DNA of 64,000 nucleotides from an uncultured Candidatus Binatia bacterium (GTDB lineage Bacteria; Desulfobacterota; Binatia; UBA9968; JAJDTQ01): NCBI GenBank assembly GCA_965213675.1, contig OZ243916.1, positions 800,001 to 864,000 of the forward strand, read 5' to 3'. Shown piece by piece: positions 58,969 to 64,000 of this stretch (position 1 is its first letter; each line of letters starts with the position of its first letter). The notes under the pieces were generated by a model. It saw only the letters and a program-made list of their open reading frames with translations, ran no database searches and was not told where the DNA came from. The position numbers and the translations under genes were made by a program.

Positions 58969-60141
58969 ATGCTCAAAGCCGGAGTCGGACAGTCCTCACA
59001 ATCGGAGACCCGCGTGGCCATCGAGGAGGCCGCCGTGAATGCCATGGCGAGCCTTCCGGACGATGGCGCCGATCTGGCGATGCTTTACGCCACGGTCGAT
59101 CACGCCGGAGGCCTGGAACAGGAGTTGACCGCGCTCCAGCGCATCACCGGCACACGCCACGTCGTGGGTTGCAGCGGTCTGGGCATCCTGACCGACAGCG
59201 GCGAGATCGAGGGGGAATCCGGCGTGGCCGTGATGGCGCTGGCGTCCGACACGGTGCAATCGCGTCCCTTCATCCGGGATTCGCTCAAGGGGAACGACAC
59301 GGCGGCGGGGCAGGAGATCGCCAACGCCGTGGCGGCCGGCGCCCCTTCCCTGACCGTGGTGCTGGCCGACGGCTACCGAAGCCGCCCCGACGCGTTGCTG
59401 GAGGGCATGGCGCGCGGCGGCCACGCGAGCCCCGTGGTGGGCGCGGGCGCGTCGGAGAACGGCAGCCACGGCCGCACCTACCAGTTCTACGAGGACCAGG
59501 TGACCAGCAACAGCGTGGTGGGCTTTGCGCTGTCAGGCGCCTGCACCACGGCCATCGAACTCACCCAGGGCTGTCAGCCCGTGGGCGGGCCCATGGTCAT
59601 CACCAAGGCCCAGGAGAATCTCATCTTCGAGATCAACGACCGCCCCGCCTTCGAGGTGTTCGCGGAACTTATCGGGAAACCCTTCCAGCAGGACCTCCGT
59701 CGCGCGCTGGCGTTCGTGTTCGTGGGACTCTCGCCGGACCCTCGACAGACGGAGATCGAGCCCGGTCAATACCTGGTGCGCAACATCATCGGCCTGGACG
59801 CGCAGCGGGGCATTCTGGCGGTGGCGCAACCCGTGGAAGCCGGACAATCGCTGCAATTCACGTTGAGAGACGGACAACGGGCGCGGGAAGACCTCCGGCA
59901 GATGCTGGAACGGCAGACCGCGCGGTTGGAGGGGCGGACGCCCCGGCTGGGGCTCTACTTCAATTGCTGTGCGCGGGGCAACGGCCTGTATGGCGTGCCT
60001 GGAATCGACACGGCCTACATCAAGCAGGCGCTGCCCGACGTGCCGGTCATCGGATTCTTCGGCAACTACGAACTCGGCCCCATGGCCGGCGGCAACCACC
60101 TCCTCACCTATACCGGCGTGCTCGCGCTGGTGACCGAGTGA
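58969..60141 (+). CDS. FIST-domain signal transduction protein
   Basis: VVGCSGLG, TQGCQPVG, YLVRNIIG, YFNCCARG, GFFGNYE. Confidence 0.88.
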   Translation: MLKAGVGQSSQSETRVAIEEAAVNAMASLPDDGADLAMLYATVDHAGGLEQELTALQRITGTRHVVGCSGLGILTDSGEIEGESGVAVMALASDTVQSRPFIRDSLKGNDTAAGQEIANAVAAGAPSLTVVLADGYRSRPDALLEGMARGGHASPVVGAGASENGSHGRTYQFYEDQVTSNSVVGFALSGACTTAIELTQGCQPVGGPMVITKAQENLIFEINDRPAFEVFAELIGKPFQQDLRRALAFVFVGLSPDPRQTEIEPGQYLVRNIIGLDAQRGILAVAQPVEAGQSLQFTLRDGQRAREDLRQMLERQTARLEGRTPRLGLYFNCCARGNGLYGVPGIDTAYIKQALPDVPVIGFFGNYELGPMAGGNHLLTYTGVLALVTE

Positions 60142-60486
60142 CTGTCCAGCCGTCACCCGCCCATGGTCACCCCTCCCACGAGTCATTGATCCAATAAACC
60201 CCACACCCGATCCTGGGATAGGGCGACCAGCCGCTTGCCCCTACGGGAGATCGTTCAGCCACGAACTTCGCGGCACGGGCTCGTCCGACGGCGCATGACC
60301 CCCCGGACAATTCAGCAAGGGTTCCCAGGTCCAGGGAAAGCGGCCACCGGCCGGTCGTCCTTGCGGGAGATCGTCCGATCACGGAGTTTGCGGCGCGGGC
60401 TCCTCGGACGGCGTATGACGCCCCGGGAGTTGCAGGTTTGCAGGCTCCCGAATGACCGGGGCGATTTTCTCATTTCCATGGGCGCG

Positions 60487-62310
60487 TCAGCGCCGCAGGC
60501 GCTTGCGCTTGTTGGCGAGGTAGTCGACGACGATGTAGTTGCCGATCTCGTCGGGGGAGGTGTAGAAGACGCGGCCGGTGTTCATCCGCGTAAGGCGGTC
60601 CACGAAACCCATGCGGTAGTAATCCATGCCCAGCATGAAGGTGTTGATGCGGATGCCGCTCTGTGTGCAGCGCCGCACCTCCTTGAGGGTTTCCCGGACG
60701 ATGCGCTCGTGCAGCAGGGCCGAGCCCCAGCCGCTGTGCAGGCGGCCGCCCCGGTCGACGTTGCAGGCGGTGGGCTCGCCGTCGGTGATGAGGATGATCT
60801 GCCGGTTGGTGGCTCGATTGTTTCCCAGCAGTTGCCGCGAGAACCTCAATGCTTCCTTGATATCGGTGCCGTGCTCCATGAAGTACGTGATGGCCACGAT
60901 GGAGGGCAGGTCCTCGGTGCGTATCGCCTTCGCATTGGAACGGAACGCCACCAGGTGCAGGACGTCCTGGGGGAACTTGGTCTCGATGAGCCGGTTGAGC
61001 GCCAGCGCCACCTTCTTGCCCGCGTGCAGGGCGTCGTTCATCAGCATGGAATAGCTGACGTCGATGAGCAGCACGGTCTCCGTATCGGTGGAGAACTCGT
61101 GCTGGTACACGTGGAAGTCCTTGGGCTCGATGCGCACCGGGACCCCGGTGCGGCCGTCTTCCAGCGAGTGCATCAGGGTCTTGCGTATGTCGATGTTGAG
61201 CGGATTGCCGTACTCGTAGGGCTGGGCGTCCTCCAGGCGCATGCCCTGATTGCCGATCCTGGCGCTGGAGTGTTGCCCCCAGCGGTTCTTGTTCATGAGC
61301 TGGAAGATCTCTTTCAGAGCCTTGTCGCCGAGTTGGCGCATGCCCCTGGGACTCAGACGCACCCCGCTTCCCGTACGCACCAGGTAGCCCGCGTCCACCA
61401 TCATCTGCTCGACGCCCTGGAGATACTTGAGCTGTTCACAGGCGTCCTCGCCCAGAAGCTCGCGCATGGCTTCGAGGTCCAGGTCCGAAACGTCACCGAG
61501 CCCGCGGCGTCCCCAGCGCATGAACTGCTCCAGGCTGCGTAGCTGCCCGAGGACCTGCCCGGCCTCCCCCGTGCTCATGCGCTGGCTTCCCTGAAAGGGG
61601 TACTGGTTCAGCAGTTGTTCGAGCTGCTCCATATCGGACATGGCGTCGCTCAGCCGCTGCAAATCCTGCTGGCTCAGGGAATCGAGGTTCTCAAGCAGGT
61701 TGTCGAGGTCCTCCACCGCGGCATCGAGCATGTTGGGAAGGTTCTTGAGGAAGTCGTCGTCCTTCAGCAGCCGGCTGAGCCTGTCCAGCATCTGTGTCAG
61801 GTCCGGCGCGCCCGGCCCCGTGAGGTTCCGGGCCTGTTGCCCGGAGCGCTGTTCGATCTGGTCGCCCAAGCGCTGCTTGAGTTGCTGGTAGCGTTCCTGG
61901 GCCTGCCGCATCCGCTCGGCCAACTCGTCCATGTTGCCGGCGTAGCGCCCGGAAAGCCGCTCCATGAAGTGGCGCATCTGCTCGTGATACGCTTCCAGCT
62001 TCTCCGCCAGATCGTTCAGCTTCTGGCTCAGGGCCTCACTTTCCTCGGGCGAGAGCTTGAAGGAATCGGGAGCGTACCTGTTGAGGAGTTCCTGCTTCTT
62101 TTCTTCGGCCTGCCGCAACAGGTCGCGCAGCCCTTGCACCGAGCGCATGCCGTCGTCGGACTCGAAGCCCCGGCGCATCAGGCCCCGTAGGGCACGGTGC
62201 ACACCCTCTTCTTCCAGGAACGTATCCGAAAGCTGCTTCAGCAGGTCATTGGCGGTGGGAAAGCGGACCTCCTGGGAACCGTCCCAGTGGGTGTAGCGGT
62301 GGATCCTCAT
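60487..62310 (-). CDS. VWA-domain protein
   Basis: RYTHWDGSQ N-terminus, LLIDVSYSM MIDAS, IILITDGEPT. Confidence 0.88.
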   Translation of the reverse strand: MRIHRYTHWDGSQEVRFPTANDLLKQLSDTFLEEEGVHRALRGLMRRGFESDDGMRSVQGLRDLLRQAEEKKQELLNRYAPDSFKLSPEESEALSQKLNDLAEKLEAYHEQMRHFMERLSGRYAGNMDELAERMRQAQERYQQLKQRLGDQIEQRSGQQARNLTGPGAPDLTQMLDRLSRLLKDDDFLKNLPNMLDAAVEDLDNLLENLDSLSQQDLQRLSDAMSDMEQLEQLLNQYPFQGSQRMSTGEAGQVLGQLRSLEQFMRWGRRGLGDVSDLDLEAMRELLGEDACEQLKYLQGVEQMMVDAGYLVRTGSGVRLSPRGMRQLGDKALKEIFQLMNKNRWGQHSSARIGNQGMRLEDAQPYEYGNPLNIDIRKTLMHSLEDGRTGVPVRIEPKDFHVYQHEFSTDTETVLLIDVSYSMLMNDALHAGKKVALALNRLIETKFPQDVLHLVAFRSNAKAIRTEDLPSIVAITYFMEHGTDIKEALRFSRQLLGNNRATNRQIILITDGEPTACNVDRGGRLHSGWGSALLHERIVRETLKEVRRCTQSGIRINTFMLGMDYYRMGFVDRLTRMNTGRVFYTSPDEIGNYIVVDYLANKRKRLRR

Positions 62311-62461
62311 GCCGCGGTCACTATATCGCAGGCGCTTCCGGCACTGCAACAACGAATGCGTGAATGCGTGGAAGGAACTGCGGGTGGAACCGCGCCGCGG
62401 ACTTCGTTATAAAACGACAGCCAAACCAATAGGGACATCTCAACCCAGCCCCGGAGGACAC

Positions 62462-62674
62462 ATGAAGGTCACGGTGGACAACACCAAGTGCGACGGCCAC
62501 GAAAAGTGCGTTCAGGCGGCGCCCAAGGTCTTCAAGATGAACGAGCGCTTCATCGCGGAGGTGGCCGACCCCAACGGCGACACCCAGGAGAAGGTCGTCC
62601 TCGCGGCCCGGATCTGCCCCACCAAGGCCATCACGGTGGAGGACGACGACGGCAACACGCTCTTCCCTGTGTAG
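62462..62674 (+). CDS. Single-cluster ferredoxin (3Fe-4S type)
   Basis: GGAGG RBS; CDGHEKC...CPTKAI. Confidence 0.9.
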   Translation: MKVTVDNTKCDGHEKCVQAAPKVFKMNERFIAEVADPNGDTQEKVVLAARICPTKAITVEDDDGNTLFPV

Positions 62675-62830
62675 AGCCGACCCGCGGACGCCCGTGCCCG
62701 GAACCCCGGTCAGGAGTGACCCGCGGCGGGCCCATGCCGGGGCGCCGAGTCCGGGGCCAACCGTCGCTCGGGCACGGCCGGGCTCCCGATGTCGCGCCCG
62801 TCGCCGCGGCCGGCACACGAACCGGTCCCG

Positions 62831-64000
62831 TCATTCGAACACGACGCTGGCGAAGCTGCATATGGAGCCCACGGGGTCCATGTCGCCGTGCCCGTGGGCC
62901 ACCACCCGCCCCCGTTGGGCCGGCATAGCCTTCAGCATTGTATAGATGGGCGCGAAGCCGCAAATCCGGCGCCGGTCTTCCTCTTGCGCGAGGTAGCCGC
63001 GGAAGCCGTCCGGGTCCACGTTTTTCACGTACTCCAACATCTCCATGTCGGCGTCCTTGACCGCGTCCAGCGATTCTCCCCTGAAACCCTCGGCGTCGCC
63101 GTAACGCGGCCCCACGTGGGCCAGGTCCGCGCTGGCGATGACACAGATGCGCCGGCCATCCGCCGCCAAAGCCTGCCCCAGCGCCTGGGTGAATTCTTCG
63201 ATGAGAACGCCCGCCGGGCTGGAGCCGGTTGCCGCGTACGAAAACGAGCACAGCACCGGCACGATGGGCACCGTGTTGCCGAAGAGCTGCTGCATGAACA
63301 GCACCTGAAACTCGATGGTGTGCTCGGAGCGGTGGGCCAGCTCGTCCGCGAACAACGCTTCGCCGTGCAGCTCGCTCAGCCGGGCGACAAAGCCGGCGTC
63401 CACCGGGACCTCCCCCAGGGGCGTCGCAAAGCGCTTGCGGGTCAGGGCATACGGGTTGCGCAGCGCGCTGTGCCCGGTTCCGAGGATGACGAACAGCTCC
63501 GGCGGCTCCGCCTCGGCCAGTTCCTTGTAGGCCCAAGCGTAGGCGTGGCCCCCCAGCCGCAGGTCGATGTGTGGCGCGACGATGCCGGGGATGCGCCGCT
63601 TCCGCTCCCCCGCGCCCGGCAACCCCGGCCCCTCCGGCGGTTCGAACAGTCGGCTCAGGCCGTCCTTCAGCGCCCCGGGGTCTTCGTCGTAGCTGACACC
63701 CGCGTGAAACGCTTCTCGTACCGCGGCCTCCCGGAACGAAACGGCAAGCTGCTGATAGTGGCGCCTGAAGTTGTCGTTCTCCAGGAAGTATCCCTCATCC
63801 AGAATCCCGCAAAGCTGCTCCAGCAACTCCAGCGGGAACTCCACCCCGTGTGCCTCCCGGTAGGCCGCCTGAATCTCCGGCAGCGTGTGCCGGCCGTCGA
63901 AAAAGCGCAGCGCGTAGGCCGCCTGGGGGTGGAGGCGCAGAACCTTGTCGCTGACGTGCTGGGGATCACGGATGCCGAAGTCCCGCCTACCCGGCTCGCC
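62831..64000 (-). CDS. MEMO1-family protein (AmmeMemoRadiSam protein B), 5' end beyond window
   Basis: VAPHID, ILGTGH, EHTIEFQ, ASADLAHVG, ICGFAP; frame stays open from 63844 to 64000 (RDPQHVS...RFFDGRHTL). Confidence 0.9.
   Translation of the reverse strand, partial: GEPGRRDFGIRDPQHVSDKVLRLHPQAAYALRFFDGRHTLPEIQAAYREAHGVEFPLELLEQLCGILDEGYFLENDNFRRHYQQLAVSFREAAVREAFHAGVSYDEDPGALKDGLSRLFEPPEGPGLPGAGERKRRIPGIVAPHIDLRLGGHAYAWAYKELAEAEPPELFVILGTGHSALRNPYALTRKRFATPLGEVPVDAGFVARLSELHGEALFADELAHRSEHTIEFQVLFMQQLFGNTVPIVPVLCSFSYAATGSSPAGVLIEEFTQALGQALAADGRRICVIASADLAHVGPRYGDAEGFRGESLDAVKDADMEMLEYVKNVDPDGFRGYLAQEEDRRRICGFAPIYTMLKAMPAQRGRVVAHGHGDMDPVGSICSFASVVFE

Noticed and set aside
5146-63536. Many long overlapping ORFs (e.g. 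6796-9153 +, 16939-18813 -, 27445-29382 -, 42565-44610 +)
   Set aside because: Antisense or alternate-frame shadows of recognisable genes in high-GC DNA, with no family motifs.

Overview
This is a high-GC bacterial window. The gene content (LLM oxidoreductase, UbiD, tripartite tricarboxylate and NMT1-type transporters, Calx-beta and autotransporter surface proteins, Pcs) suggests a host-associated, possibly sponge-symbiont, deltaproteobacterial/Binatota-like organism; this taxonomy is inference only. Positions 1-10.7 kb form an accessory surface/secretion island bounded on the right by an IS3 remnant. It holds (i) a minus-strand gene missed by the ORF track, read in frame through 45 perfect copies of an 8-bp repeat before its signal peptide (a candidate phase-variation switch, currently ON), (ii) an RHH protein and an S24/CI-like remnant, (iii) two Calx-beta genes, (iv) two tandem paralogous secreted proteins, each made of three 6-Cys domains, and (v) a convergent TolC/PAS-fused adaptor/ATPase/MacB-type export operon. 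The rest is mostly catabolic and transport genes: a Dpp-type ABC system, an orphan XDH-type Mo subunit, LLM, UbiD, an NMT1-type ABC system, VOC, tRNA-Arg(CCT), a Cache-like-passenger autotransporter with a PLP decarboxylase, an atypical Co nitrile hydratase-like pair, an Fe-S hydro-lyase, and a TTT/flavoprotein/CoA-transferase cluster. Housekeeping-like genes follow (sppA, arfB, rhomboid, pcs, gloB, FIST, VWA, ferredoxin, MEMO1). Intergenic spaces carry two families of ~160-bp MITE-like hairpins and several REP-like palindromes, one of them inside a coding sequence.
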